64,000 nucleotides of DNA from Heterodontus francisci. Its lineage: Eukaryota. A program made the translations under genes and the position numbers. Positions within the stretch are counted from its first letter, which is position 1, and each line of letters opens with the position of its first letter. Shown here piece after piece: positions 35,314 through 47,638 of this stretch. Where the stretch lies: contig NW_027140825.1 in assembly GCF_036365525.1 (NCBI RefSeq), forward strand, positions 1,364,001 to 1,428,000, written 5' to 3'. The notes under the pieces were generated by a model that worked only from the letters and a program-made list of their open reading frames with translations, was not told the origin of the DNA and did not search any database.

Positions 35314-36637
35314 ATTGACGAAGTTGGCTGCATTGGCGATCGATGGGCGGTAAGTGGCGCTATTGCTCCACTAATCCTGATCACTTCTTCATTTCTCGGC
35401 CGTTCCTTCCTCTGACAGCGACCTCAGCTCTGCCATTCCCTCCCAAACCCCCTCCACATCTCTCTCCTCCAAACCTGCCCGGCTTTGGCCCACACCTCCT
35501 AACAATTTCAGCTGTAACCCTGTGTCAAATAGTTGGCAGATTTACGCTGTTCGGGCCGTTTATCTCGGGACGGTGAAGTCGCTATTTAAATGCAAACTGC
35601 AGCTGTTTAATTACACGCTCGTGCTGACCTGTGAACAGGAGGCTTATGACTTGGAACATGTCTTCCAGAAACGGATTCTGTCGGCAGTTTTGATTTACGT
35701 TTCTTCCACGGGGGGACACGAATTAAACTCGTCACAGAAAATTTGATTCGAATTTGTCACGATCGGGATTTCGCGTCCTGTTGCTCTAGTTTTCAGCACT
35801 TGTATGCTGTCGCTTGATGTAACGTCCTCTTAAAATCTATCACCATCCTCCTCACGGTTCACAAAACTGCAAAGTTTGCAATTGTGCCCTGCACACACAA
35901 GTCTAGGTTATTAATATCGATCAAGACAAGCAGTGGTCCCTGGAGAACCCCACTATATACCTTCTTTCAGACTGAACACCAACTGTTTACCACTACTCTG
36001 TTCCATGTTGCTTTGTATCCATGTTGCTAATGCCCCTTTTATTCCATGGGCTTTAACTTTGCTGACAAGCCTGTTATGTAGTACTTTTTGAAACGCTTTT
36101 TTTGAAGTTCATGTACACCACATCAGCCGCATTACCCTCATTAACCCTCTCTGTTACCTCATCAAGATATGTGTATCCGACTCTTGGTTTCCTGATTAGT
36201 CCACAGAGTGCTGGTTGTTTCAAAAGGCCGTGCAGTATTCATCATCTCCACAGATGGGAGAACCTCAAAGCATCTTGTATGACTGACCACTTCCTCTGAT
36301 GTGTCTTTAAATATCAGAAGTGGTTTAGTGGGGAGCACCTCGGCACTGAGTCAGAGGTTTGTGGGTTTAAGTCCCCGGACCGAGATTTAAGCATAAAAAC
36401 GAGGCTGACACCCCCAGTGCAGGACAGAGGAAGTGCTGCACCGTGTGGAGGTGTAGCACCGAGGTACTCTCTTTATTTTGGCTGAGATGTTAAAACGAGG
36501 TCCCGACTGCAGATGGGAAGGATCTCATAGCCACTATTTCGGAGAATAACAGGGGCATTCTCGAGGGTTATCTGGGGCAATAGACATCCCTGAACCAACT
36601 TTACTAAAACAGATTATCTGGTCATTCTCGGTTTCCA

Positions 36638-36742
36638 CCAGGAGATGGCGCAGTACTCCGCAGATCTCGTGGCTGCAAATGGAATTCGAGCAGATGTCAG
36701 ACAATGAATTTCCATTCAGCGAGTGATCGCGCCCTCTGGCGG
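36638..36742. promoter_or_regulatory. Pair of oppositely oriented candidate CTCF sites between V and D
   Basis: CCAGGAGATGGCGC (+, 36638-36651) and CCGCCAGAGGGCGC (-, 36729-36742). Confidence 0.65.
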
Positions 36743-37479
36743 CCGCAGAGGGAATACGATGAAGTCTGAATAATTTTCATCACCATTCACCATTTGGATC
36801 ATTCTTCTGGCGTTACCGAGTCGCAGCCGGAGTGTGATCAATGCTACCTACTTCCAGTGAGATGTAGGATTATTTATTGCCATGTGCAAAGATGACCAGA
36901 TGGTGACAAGTGGAGCGAAACTCACCCCTCCGCTACCAGTATTGGATCCAAGATGCATCAGTTGGAATTCATTCCTGGTTATGTGCATTCACCTCACATT
37001 GAAATTTCGAGACAGGGTGCCGACCGGGAGTTTTATAACGCTGCTCGATCTTGGACCCTGCAAGTACAGGGTTACTATCTTGTTGGCACGTGGAAAAGAC
37101 TTCTGATCTGCGTCCCTGCAATTTTGCTTCAATCCTCAGAGAACACATCAGCTAAGGAACTCACTTTCGACTCCACTGGCATAATGGAGGTTGGAAATGT
37201 GCACAGCATCTCGAATCCGTAAAGGCTGGAGGACATCTGACCGTCAGGAGCCCATTAAAAGTCTTCCACTTCATAAAAGCTAAAGAAAAGAAATGACGGA
37301 ATGTTGTAGATTTCGGGAACTCCAGTCCAATCTGAAAATATCTGGGTCTGTAGTAAAAGTGGTCGAGCAACAGGGTGAGTAATTTCAATAACAACATTCT
37401 TCCCATTATTGATATTGCAAGAGGGACCCGTGTATATGAATGAGAGCAATTTTACATCAATGTACAACAAGGAATTAGG

Positions 37480-38125
37480 AAGGCGAGTAACATGTTAGCT
37501 TTTATTGTAAGGCGTTTGAAACATAAGAGTAAGGAAATCTTTCTGCAGCTAGTTGGGACTTTGGTAACAAAACACCTATAGTGTTGTGTAGAGTGTTGCT
37601 CTCCTTATCTACGGAAGCATGTATTTGCCTTAGAGGAGGTTGCAACGAAGGTTCACTCAATTGGTTCCAAGGAGGAGAAGGCTGCCCAATGAGGAGAAAT
37701 TGAGTCGAATGGGCTGTTATTCTCTGGAAGAATCAGAGGTGATCCATTTGAAACGTACAAAATTATGAGAGTGTTTGACAGGGTACACACTGAGAGGCTG
37801 CTTCCCCCCTGGCTGGAGAACCTAGAAATAAGGGGAAGAAGCTTCAGGATAAGGGGTCCATCTACAACACTTAGATGAGGAGGAATGTCTTCACTCAGAG
37901 GGTTATGACTCTTTGGAATTCAGAGAGCTGTGGAATTCTCAGTCATTGAGAAAATTGAAGACATGAGATCCATAGATTTTAGGCACCAAGGGAATCCAGG
38001 GATGTAGGAATATGGCGGGAAAGTGGAGTGAAGGTAGCAGATCCTCAAGATCTTCATTATGTGGAGGAGCAGACACGGCGGGCCGAATGGCTTACTCCTG
38101 CTCCTATTTTCTAATGTTCTGATGT
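37480..38125 (+). mobile_element. Degenerate CR1 LINE 3' fragment
   Basis: Nucleotide similarity to the CR1 copy at 52860-53480. Confidence 0.7.
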
Positions 38126-40119
38126 AAGTGGTTCCTGCGCGTTTGCAGTGTCAGATCATTGTGTCACCACAGCACATACGGTGTAAAATATTATCTTTCT
38201 CTTCCGGTCTAACCCGTGTTTCACTTGACCATGAAGTCACATCATGGGAAACCCTGAAGCCAGTTACATCCCAACAGATCTTGATAAGGGAAGTTTGTAG
38301 ATTTCAGTGCAATTTCCAGGCAATCGGAATGAATTATAATCAGAGCAGAGAAGGTTAAGGGACCCTGCGGAAGGTGGTGTTGGAAATCAGGAAGGATTTT
38401 GATAAATTGAACAGGGAGAAGCTGTTTTCTGAGGCAGGAAGGTCGTTAACCAGGGAGGCGCTGATTTAGGGTCAGTGGCAAAAGAACCAGAAGCGGGACG
38501 AGGAGAAAGATTCTGAGTGGGACGGGTATTAATGATCTGGAACACATCGCCTGAAAGGGCAGTGGAATGGGATTCAGCTTTCAAAAGGGAATTGGATAGA
38601 TCCTTGGAGCAGACGATTTCCAGGGCTAGGGCAAAAGGGCAGGAGAGTGGGACTAACTGGATAGATTTTTCACAAAAGCAAGCAGAGGCGGGAAGATCTC
38701 CTTTCTGTTGAATCTTTCTGTGATGCTAAAATGTGGACAGATCAGAAAGGAACAACTTGACATCATTGCCTTTATTTAAGAAAAGTAAAACTATTCTCCA
38801 CCCTTTGGCATATGAAACGTGACAACAAAGATATTGGGAGTCTGTGAACCTTATCTGTTATCTCTATGGGTGCATTCTCACTGCAGACAGGGTTCCAGTC
38901 AAGCAAACCCTACTTATATGGCTGTGTTGGAGTAGGAACTGCGCTGGGACAAATTCCTCCCAGGACGCCAAGGAATTCTGTCAAGAGCAGGCTGGTTATC
39001 ATCTCAACAGGTCAGTGTTGAAGAGGTTTAACATGACATGTGGAAGTATGTCAATGAGACACCGGTCATTCTTTTTTCAATAGGGGCCCTAAGACTGTCT
39101 TCGCCCCTGGTATTGATCCATCCATATCCAGATTTGATAGATTTCCTTCAGTGAGGAACCGTTTTGGGATGCAGTCGATGATTAAGTGGAGACATGACAT
39201 GTGACAAGAGCTGCCAGCTTGGGAGGAACAGGAACTTTGGGCCTGGCATTTTGGTGCATTCCCCGCCTCATGTCTGGGCCCTGTTGTGGATCAAGTCACC
39301 GCAATTGGTTTATTTCTGTTCATTTACGGGATGAGGGCTGGCGAGGGCTACGTTTATTCCCAGGTCTAAAAGCTCTTAAGCAGACTTCTTCTTGAATGCA
39401 ACTCCGTGGCTGACTAGGCCCATTCCTCACGGCAGTTAAGGGTGAACAGCACTGCTGCCGGGGTCTGGAGTCACTGAGAGTTCAGACTGGGTGAGGGAGG
39501 CAAAATTCCTTCCCTAAAGGATATCACTGAACCAGGTGGCTCTTTCCGCCAATCCAGCAGCTTTATGCTGAGCATCATTGCTGGAATACAACTACTGTTA
39601 CAAAGGCTGCCATCATCAACAACGACATTATTGGTCGACAAGGATGTCAGAAGGTGAACGAGGTGTCCTGGCTATTTTGGCATCTGGCAAAGGCTGCGTT
39701 CCGAAGCCTGCCTCTTCAGAATGCAGCCTTCCATACCAGTGCCCTGTTTAGCTTAGTGATAAAACCCAACACAGTTTAATTCAGAGAGTACAGATCTGAG
39801 AGATGCCGGATAAACCTTATTCTTGAGATTCACTGTGACACCAGTGACAGTCTCAGTCAGCTCGATGGACCCTCCACCAGTTGGACCATGTTTCAGCTGA
39901 AAGCCCGGCGCCAGCGCCTGGGAGTTCCTGCTGCGAATTCGTTAGACCAAAGTACGTGAACTGAATGCAGTTGTGAGACAGTGCGTTCAAGGAAGGTGGG
40001 GATTGCTCTACCTAGGGATATCGGAATATAATTTCTGAAGATGAGATGGATACATTAGCGGTTTGTCAATAAAAAAGATACTGTTACGCAGATTAACCAC
40101 AAGCATTATTCATGGTTGG

Positions 40120-40780
40120 CGCTGGACAGGTTGAGAGAGCAGTTAATAAAGCATACAGTATCCTGGGCTTTATTAAAAGGGGCAGAGAGTACAAGAGCAT
40201 GGAAGTAAGTTGAACTTGTACAAGACACTAGTTCGACCTCAGCTGGAGTATTGTGTCCAGTTCTGGGAGCCGCACTTGAGGAAAGAAATGAAAGAATTGG
40301 AGAGAGTGAGGGAAAGATTCAGGAGAATGGTTCCACGGGTGAGGGACCTCAGTTATGATGATAGATTGGAGAAGTTGGGATTGTTTTCCTTGGAGGAGAG
40401 AAGGCTAAGAGGTGATTTGATAGAGGGATTCAAAATCATGAGGTGTCGGGACAGAACAGATAGAGAGAAACTGCTCCCACTCGTGAAAGGATGGAGAATG
40501 AGAGGGCACAGATTTAAACTAATTGGAAAAAGAAGTAAAAGTGACATGAGGAAAAAATTGTTTCACACAGCGAGTGGTTAATGTCTGGAGTGCAGGCCCA
40601 GAGAGTATGATGAGGGCACGTTCAATCGGGGCATTCAAAAGGGACTTATGAAAAAGGAAGAATGTGCAGGGTTACGGGAAGAAGGCGGGGGAATGGGACT
40701 AAGTGAATTGCTCATTCGGAGGGCCAGTTCTGACACGATGGGCCGAATGGCCTCCTGTACTGTACCAATTCTCTGATTCT
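40120..40780 (+). mobile_element. CR1 LINE 3' fragment
   Basis: LYKTLVRPQLEYCVQFW..LEKLGLFSLEERRLRGDLIE. Confidence 0.9.
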
Positions 40781-41536
40781 GTGATGAGGAATGTCGATGA
40801 TAAGTGGCAGTAACTTGATTGCTAACCAGATGATCAAAATTGGGTAAAATTTGTGATAAACACAACAATGGTCAGTTTAAACGGTACAGGGTGATATTCT
40901 AAGACAATAACATGTATCTATCCATCGGAACTTTGATAGTTCTGTCTTTCAGCAGAACCAAGCCATCTATTTATCACTTTAAGAGCTGCTTGCAAGCTGA
41001 AAGATAGAGATGCAGACTCACACAGACAATACCAGCACAGCTGAAGAGATTTTTCTTTTAACTTGTTGAGTTATTTTGATCAGGAATGCGATGCCTGAAA
41101 GGATGGAGGAAGCAAATTCAGCAGTAAATTAGAAAGGAGATTGGGAAATATATTTGAACAGGAAATATCTGCCGCCCATTGAGGAAAGAGCAGGAGAGTG
41201 GGATGAAATAAGTAGATCTTCCGAAGTGATGGCACAGGAACGATGGGCCGAATTGCCTCCTCTGTCCTGTATGATTGTCCAATTCTTTGCAGATTATTTC
41301 ATCCGCTTTGGAAAGTACTGAAGTGTGGAACTGGATTTTGAGCTGTCTCTCTGGGAGCACTGAGAAACTATTGGATTATTTCTACACTCTGAAAGTTGTT
41401 GGAAAACTCTGCAAAGTTTCATCAATGAACAGCTGTCTTTATGAGCTCTGCTTACTTGAGTTTTCCTCTCTAACACTCACAGTATAAGAGGGTGGTATGT
41501 TTTTGACGCAGCCCTGCTCCTGTTTGAATCACTGTG

Positions 41537-42198
41537 ATCACTAGCAGCACAGTAATACACCGCCCTGTCAGTCTGATCCACCCTCAGTATTTTCAGGCTG
41601 CAGGTTTTAAGATCGGGTCTGGTGGCTTTAAATCTCTCCTTGAAACCCTCTGCAGGCGTTGAATCAGAGGTACCAACCGAGGTCACTATGAGCTGCAACC
41701 CTGCTCCGCTGTGCTGGCGATACCAGTACATGTAGTTCTCGTTGGTGTCATTCTGGAAACAGTGCATTTCCGCCGTTTTCCCCTCTGCGACCGTCAGCCG
41801 GTTCCCCCACTGGGTAACGACAGCGCTCCTGGACCGGGCTGTGGAGGAACATGAGAAACATATCGGGTCAAAAAGAACAGACACAATAAGGAGAGAGAGA
41901 GAGATTTAATGGTAAACCTCCCGATGCACACCACAGTCGATCAGCTCGCTGACGCCCCAGCACAGGGGTCATGTGCTGATTCCCAGAATCGCTGGGCACA
42001 ACTGCAGCGGCGCTAAATAACGACACTTGTCCTCAACAGCAAAACCAAACCAGTAAATCTCTAACTGATTGGAGCCCTTCGATATCAGCAGGAATTGTGT
42101 CTCAAAGCTGATTAACTGGGGCCTGAATTTCCCTCCAAGTAGAAGCAGTAACCTGGGAGCAGCAGAAACAGTAGATGGAGGTAAACAGTGCACAGCAT
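41537..42198 (-). CDS. TRBV: TRBV gene, D-proximal (leader 42153-42198, V exon 41537-41838)
   Basis: Leader MLCTVYLHLLFLLLP. V exon has C..YMYWYRQ..DRAVYYCAAS. RSS CACAGTG-23-TCAAAAACA (41498-41536). Confidence 0.96.
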
Positions 42199-42302
42199 GA
42201 TGCAGGAATGTGAACCCTTCTTTCAACCTTCCAGCTTGGTCCAGCTCTCACGCACACTGCAGTCCTATTGGTGCACAGCCTGCTTTTGTGATGCAGTGTG
42301 GA

Positions 42303-42312
42303 AGTGACTTCA
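42303..42312. promoter_or_regulatory. V-beta promoter CRE-like decamer AGTGACTTCA
   Basis: About 105 bp upstream of the leader ATG, one mismatch to the V-beta decamer AGTGAYRTCA, with a CCAAT nearby. Confidence 0.5.
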
Positions 42313-42479
42313 TTGCAATGTCAACCAATAGAACTTCCCTTGTGTATCCAACAAAGAAGGTGGTTCTTTCACCTGTGTGGGTGTAGGAATTAGAATGACA
42401 CAAGATTGACTTGCAAAGTCCCATCTATTGCAGGGTTTGGGGATGTTCATAAAGATTGGAATGATTGACATATATACCA

Positions 42480-43450
42480 ACCTGATTGTATTTTTCGAGG
42501 AGGTGACTTGATGTGTAGATGAGGGGTAAGTAGTTGATGTCGTCTACATGGAATTCAGTAAGGCTTTTGATAAAGCCCCACAAGAGAGATTGGTTAAGAA
42601 GCTAAGAGCACATGGGATCCAGGGCAATTTGGTAAATTGGATTCAAAATTGGCTTATTGGCAGGAGGCAGAGGGTAAAGGTCGAGGGTTGTTTTTGCGAG
42701 TGGGAGCCTGGGTGGTTGATGGTCGGCGCAGACTCGGTGGGCCGAAGGGCCTGTTTCGGTGCTGTAACTCGAATCAAATCTAATCTAATAATCTGTGACC
42801 AATGGTGTACCACAGGGATCTGTGCTGGGCCCTTGCTGTTTCTGGTGCAAATTAATGATTTTGATGTGAATATAGCAGGTATTAAATATAAGTTCGCAGA
42901 CAACATGAAAATTGTTGACGTTGTAAATAGTGAAGAGGGAAGCCTTAGATTTCAGGACGATATGGATGTACAGTTCTGGGCACCACACGAAAGGAAAGAT
43001 GTGATTGCACTGGAGGGGGTCTTGAGGAGATTCACCAGGATGTTGCCTGGGATGGAACATTTCAGCTATGATGAGAGACTCAAAAGGCTCGGGTTGTTTT
43101 ATACCCAGCAGAGGAGGCTGAGGGGGGACCTGATTGAGGTATACAAGATTATGAGGTGCACTGATAGGTCAGATAGGAAGATTTTTTTCCCTTTATAGGA
43201 GGGGCAATAACCAGGGCATAGATTTAAGGTAAGAGGCAGGAGGTTTAGAGTGGATGTGAGGAAAAAATGTGTCAACCAGAGGGTGGTTGGAATCTGGAAC
43301 GCTCTGCTAAAAGAGGTGGTAGAGGCAGGAAGCATCACAACATTTAAGAAATATTTAGATGAGCACTTGAAACGCCATAGCATACAAGACTACGGGCCAA
43401 ATGCTGGAAAATGGGACGAGAATATTTAGGTGCTTGATGGCCGGCACTAT
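42480..43450 (+). mobile_element. Degenerate CR1 LINE fragment with a short nested retroelement tail (about 42710-42790)
   Basis: FSKAFDK..WIQNWL..KFADNMK..RRLRGDLIEVYKIM. Confidence 0.88.
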
Positions 43451-44595
43451 TCGGTGGATGGGTCAATTCACTGCTGCATTGCTTGCTCAGTCTTTTCAGA
43501 AGCAAGTGGGACTCAGGCTGCGGTGGAGCTCCATCCCCACCTCCTGGCTGTAACGTGTAACTACAGGCACCTGAGATTTGCACAGTGCAATTGATAAAAT
43601 AGGCATTATGAAGACATGCTTTGCAATTGCTCCATCTTCCTCATTTTTATCCATTGCTTCAGCTGGTGACGCTGGTGACATCGTATTAGATAGAATTTAC
43701 AGCACAGATTCAGGCTATTCGGCCCGATGGGCCCATGTTTCAGACTAGTCTGGGGCAGATGGCAGTGTAGTTGTGATGTCACTGAGCTAGAAATCCAGTG
43801 GCCGGGGGGGGGGGGGGGGGGGTGGAGGGGGTGGGGGGAGGCGGATTCTCCAGGGGACATGCGTTCGAATCCCACCAGGTCAGATGGCAGAATTTAAATT
43901 CTGAATCTAAGGAATTCTGGAAAATCATAGCCATCGCCTCCACTCTCTCTGCAGCTATCTCTTTTGGAACTCAAGTATGAAATCCATCTGTTCCAGGGGA
44001 CTTGTCAGATTTTAAGCCCTGAAGTTTCTCCAAGACTTTTTCTCAATTGATATGAATATCCTTAATTTCCTCACTCTTCTTAGCCCCCACATTACTGTCT
44101 ATTTCTGGGATGGAACTTGTGTCTTCTACTGTGAAGACAGGCACAAAATATTAGTTCAATGCCCCTGCCATTTCCCCATTCCCCATGATAATTATTCCTG
44201 TCTTTACCTCCAAGGGACCAACGTCAACTTTAGCTACTCTCTTGCTTTTTATGTAAAAGCTCGTACCATCTGTTTTTATATTGCTGGTTAGCTTATTCTC
44301 ATATTTTATTCCAACATCCGATGAAAGAACATAAACAATGTCTTCATCCAGCCCTATCAGTATGACATGCTATTTCCTGCTGCCTAATGTTTTTATCCAG
44401 CATCCATTTACATATATCTGGTTGTGGGGAGTTAGAACATGGGAGTTCTGCCACTCGAACGGGCACTGAACAGATGCAGATCCGCATCCGATCACCCAGG
44501 GCTGCTCTTCACCGAATGCTGGGTTAAATGCATCTGTTTGAAGGGAGACATGTGAGGGTTTTTGTCAAGGCAGCCAATGACTCTGAACCGCTGTG

Positions 44596-45328
44596 TCCCA
44601 TCAGCAGCTGCACAGAAATACACCGCCTCGTCTTTGGCGTTCACACTCTCGATCGTCAGAGTGGATTTCTTATTTTCCAGAGTCCTCGTGATTGCAAATC
44701 CGCTCTTAAATCCATCTTCATATTGAGGTTCACCTGCTGCTAATGTAAACCCGATTAACAGGAATCCTCTGCCGGGGGACTGACGATACCAGTACATGTT
44801 GTTGCGAACTGCTCCTTCCTGCAGACAGTTCATTTCCACGGGTCCTGGTTGTTTAACAGCCAGTGACTGAGGCCATTGATGTATCACATCACCCCGGCAA
44901 ACACCTAGAAAGAGAAATTAGAGGGAATGAACTGGTATTGATGGAGTTACAATTGAGACGATGGACGTCGGTGTTGCACCGAATTAACGACGGAAATTCG
45001 GTCTGTGTCCTAATTTCCGACAAGAACCTGGATCTTTACAACTGTAAAATAGAATTGTGGAATCCACAAGCTTGCAAGTGGGTGCAAACATTAAAGAGTT
45101 AACATCATATTAATGGCACTTGTCTTCCCGAACTGGGGGACAGATGAATGAGTTCACTGTCTGATATGAAATAATCGATTACTGATTTAACAAGTCACCG
45201 CTGCTCAGTTTTATTGAGATCATTAATCATCCCTTTCAATGATCAAATGTAGAAGAGTGATTGGGACAGAATTTTAACCTACTCAGCGCCAGAAGGGAAA
45301 TAGCAAAGAGGATGAAACTGAAAGGCAT
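44596..45328 (-). CDS. TRBV: TRBV gene (leader 45283-45328, V exon 44596-44904)
   Basis: Leader MPFSFILFAISLLAL. V exon DVIHQWP..C..MYWYRQ..DEAVYFCAAADG. RSS CACAGCG-23-ACAAAAACC. Confidence 0.96.
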
Positions 45329-46154
45329 GTTTGCGGTGGATCTGAGAGACTTTCTGCTGGTTACTCTGGGTTTTAAGGGAGGGAGAGAGATGAGGTGTTG
45401 GCAGAGCGGATCGTCATAAGAGGAAGTTATCTCAAGGCAATGATCCCCGCCCCTACCTTTAAGTTGTCCCCCATTCTTTTGCTTGCTTCTTTATGCCACC
45501 GTTTCCCTCTTTATTCTCTCCACTTGCCTCCCCCCTCGTCACTTTCTGCTCCACTGTAAATATCCTCATTCCTATCACTTTGTGAGCTTGCTTTCACACC
45601 GAAGCCAGGTGATCTCTGAAGGTAGCGAGGTGTTGGAGAAGGGGACTTGTCCCAATCCTTTCCCTCAGACAGCATCACGGCTCCCCACACTCCGCCTTCC
45701 ACCCTTTCAGCTCTGCCCTTTAAAACCCCTTTTCACCCCGCTCCTCATGTACTTGTTAATATATGGAGGCAACAGTGAAGAGAGAGGCGAGACAATCATT
45801 GACATGGCATTATTGATAACTCAAAATGAGTTGAACTCTTCTACATTTGCAGAGAGTAGGTCGACTAATCGATGTGAATGGTATATCATTTATTTAACGT
45901 CATGAAGTAAAGAATAGAGGCAGGTAGGTTAGTGGATGATCGATCGATAGACAGGTTGCAGACAGGTGGATGAGTGAAATGTATGCACAGATGCAGACAG
46001 ACAGTTGTGTGTTTAGATAGACAGATTGATAAAGAGACATACAAGGAGACAGACAGACTCACAGGCAGACAGAGAGACAGATCACTCTGCCACAGTTAAT
46101 TCCTGTCTCCTTTGGGGTTTTTGTTGAACTGCTGTATTTCTCTGAGCCACTGTG

Positions 46155-47045
46155 TAAACTCCAGGCACAGTAATACACGGCTGAGTGATTCTCCCACAGG
46201 CCGGAGGACTCCAGGTAAAAGTGAGTGCTGTCAGGTCTCCTGGCGGTGAAACCGTCCACCTCACCGGAGGGGGTGACCATGTCGATGTAGTTAGAATAGA
46301 AAAGGTCCTGAGGCTCACTGTCAGGGTGCAATCGGTACCAGTGGAAATACGAGTCAGCTGCTGCTTCAGTGCAAATGCACTCGATGCTGACTGGAGATCC
46401 TGGGGAATGGGATATAGAAGGGGGAATCTGTTGGATCAGCACGGCTCCTACATCTGTAAAACACAAAGTGAGAAGAGAGGTGTTAAGAATGATACACCAT
46501 GAAGGGGCAAAGGAATGGAGAGGTGGGAGTATGTGTGAGAGAGAGACAGAGAGAGAGAGATTCGTGTTATAAAGACAGAAAAATAGAGAGGGAGAAAGAG
46601 TGAGTGAGAGAAAATGAGACATGCAGAAAGAGAGAGAGAGAGCATGACAGAAAGTTAAAGGTAAAACCAAGGGTAATCGATAGGACAAAGAAAGGTAAAG
46701 AGTGAGAGAAAGAGAGAGAGAGAGAGAGAGAAGAAAGCAGACAAGGACAGAGAGAGTGAGAAACGGACAAAAGGAGAGTCAGACTAGAAAAAGAAAGAAA
46801 AAAGAGGATAGGGAGAGAGAAAGTGTGACAAAGAGAGGAAGAAAAAGAGAGAGATAGACCGAATGATATATAAACCGATGCAGAGAGAATCTACACAGCC
46901 AAACGGTGTTAATAAACCTCGGAGGGGGTTAAACCCCAAAGGGGACATTCGGGGAAGGATCAGTGAGGATCACTGACATCTCCCAGTTCAGTTCCACCTT
47001 ACCCCTTAACACCAGCAACACAACCCAGAGGTGAGACACAGTCAT
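46155..47045 (-). CDS. TRBV: TRBV gene, TRBV30-like CAWS family (leader 47003-47045, V exon 46155-46453)
   Basis: Leader MTVSHLWVVLLVLR. V exon GSPVSIEC..FHWYR..LFYS..ARRP..SAVYYCAWSL. Perfect RSS CACAGTG-23-ACAAAAACC. Confidence 0.96.
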
Positions 47046-47638
47046 CTCTGGAGGGAGACAGATCCATGTGTTCATTGTGTGAAATCACTGAGCTGTTTTA
47101 TTGCGGAATCTCTCAATGTTCTGAGTGGGATTTACTGTCCCCTCCTCCCCACTGTTAAATGGTCGTATGGGAGGAGCAAATCTCTTTGTACTTGTTCATT
47201 GTCTCCCACAAGGGGACTGAACTTATCTGGGGCGGGGTTAAACCAGGACCTGAGTAATCGGCCGGGCTGTGTCCTCCCATTGATGGCGGGGTCTGGAGTT
47301 ACTTTAACACTGCTGCAACTCAGAGGATCCCTCTGAGATAGCAGTGATGTGAGGGGAGGAAAGGGGAGTTACACTGTTTGTCTGTCATCCTGATCTAACC
47401 AGTGAATGGGAGATTTTACTCTGCACCTTATTGCTCGGTGATGGGTTTGCCTCTGTACCTAATCAATGCGTGATAGGCTTAATGCTGTACCGAATTGGTA
47501 TGTGATGGGATTGACTTTGTGGAAACTTCCTCTGTAAATCTACCCTATCAATCAGTTCCACCATCTTATAGTATTCTCAGTGTGTCTCTCTGCTTCTCCC
47601 TGTCACATTAGCCCAGTCTGAGCCCAGCCTGTTGTGAG

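Noticed and set aside
34481-35353. ORFs of 227-286 aa on both strands; superficially CRISPR-like array
   Set aside because: This is a contiguous 33-bp tandem repeat with no unique spacers and no cas genes, in a vertebrate context.
33300-41400. Second D segment
   Set aside because: No short segment flanked by both a 12-RSS and a 23-RSS was seen. The N gap cannot be excluded.
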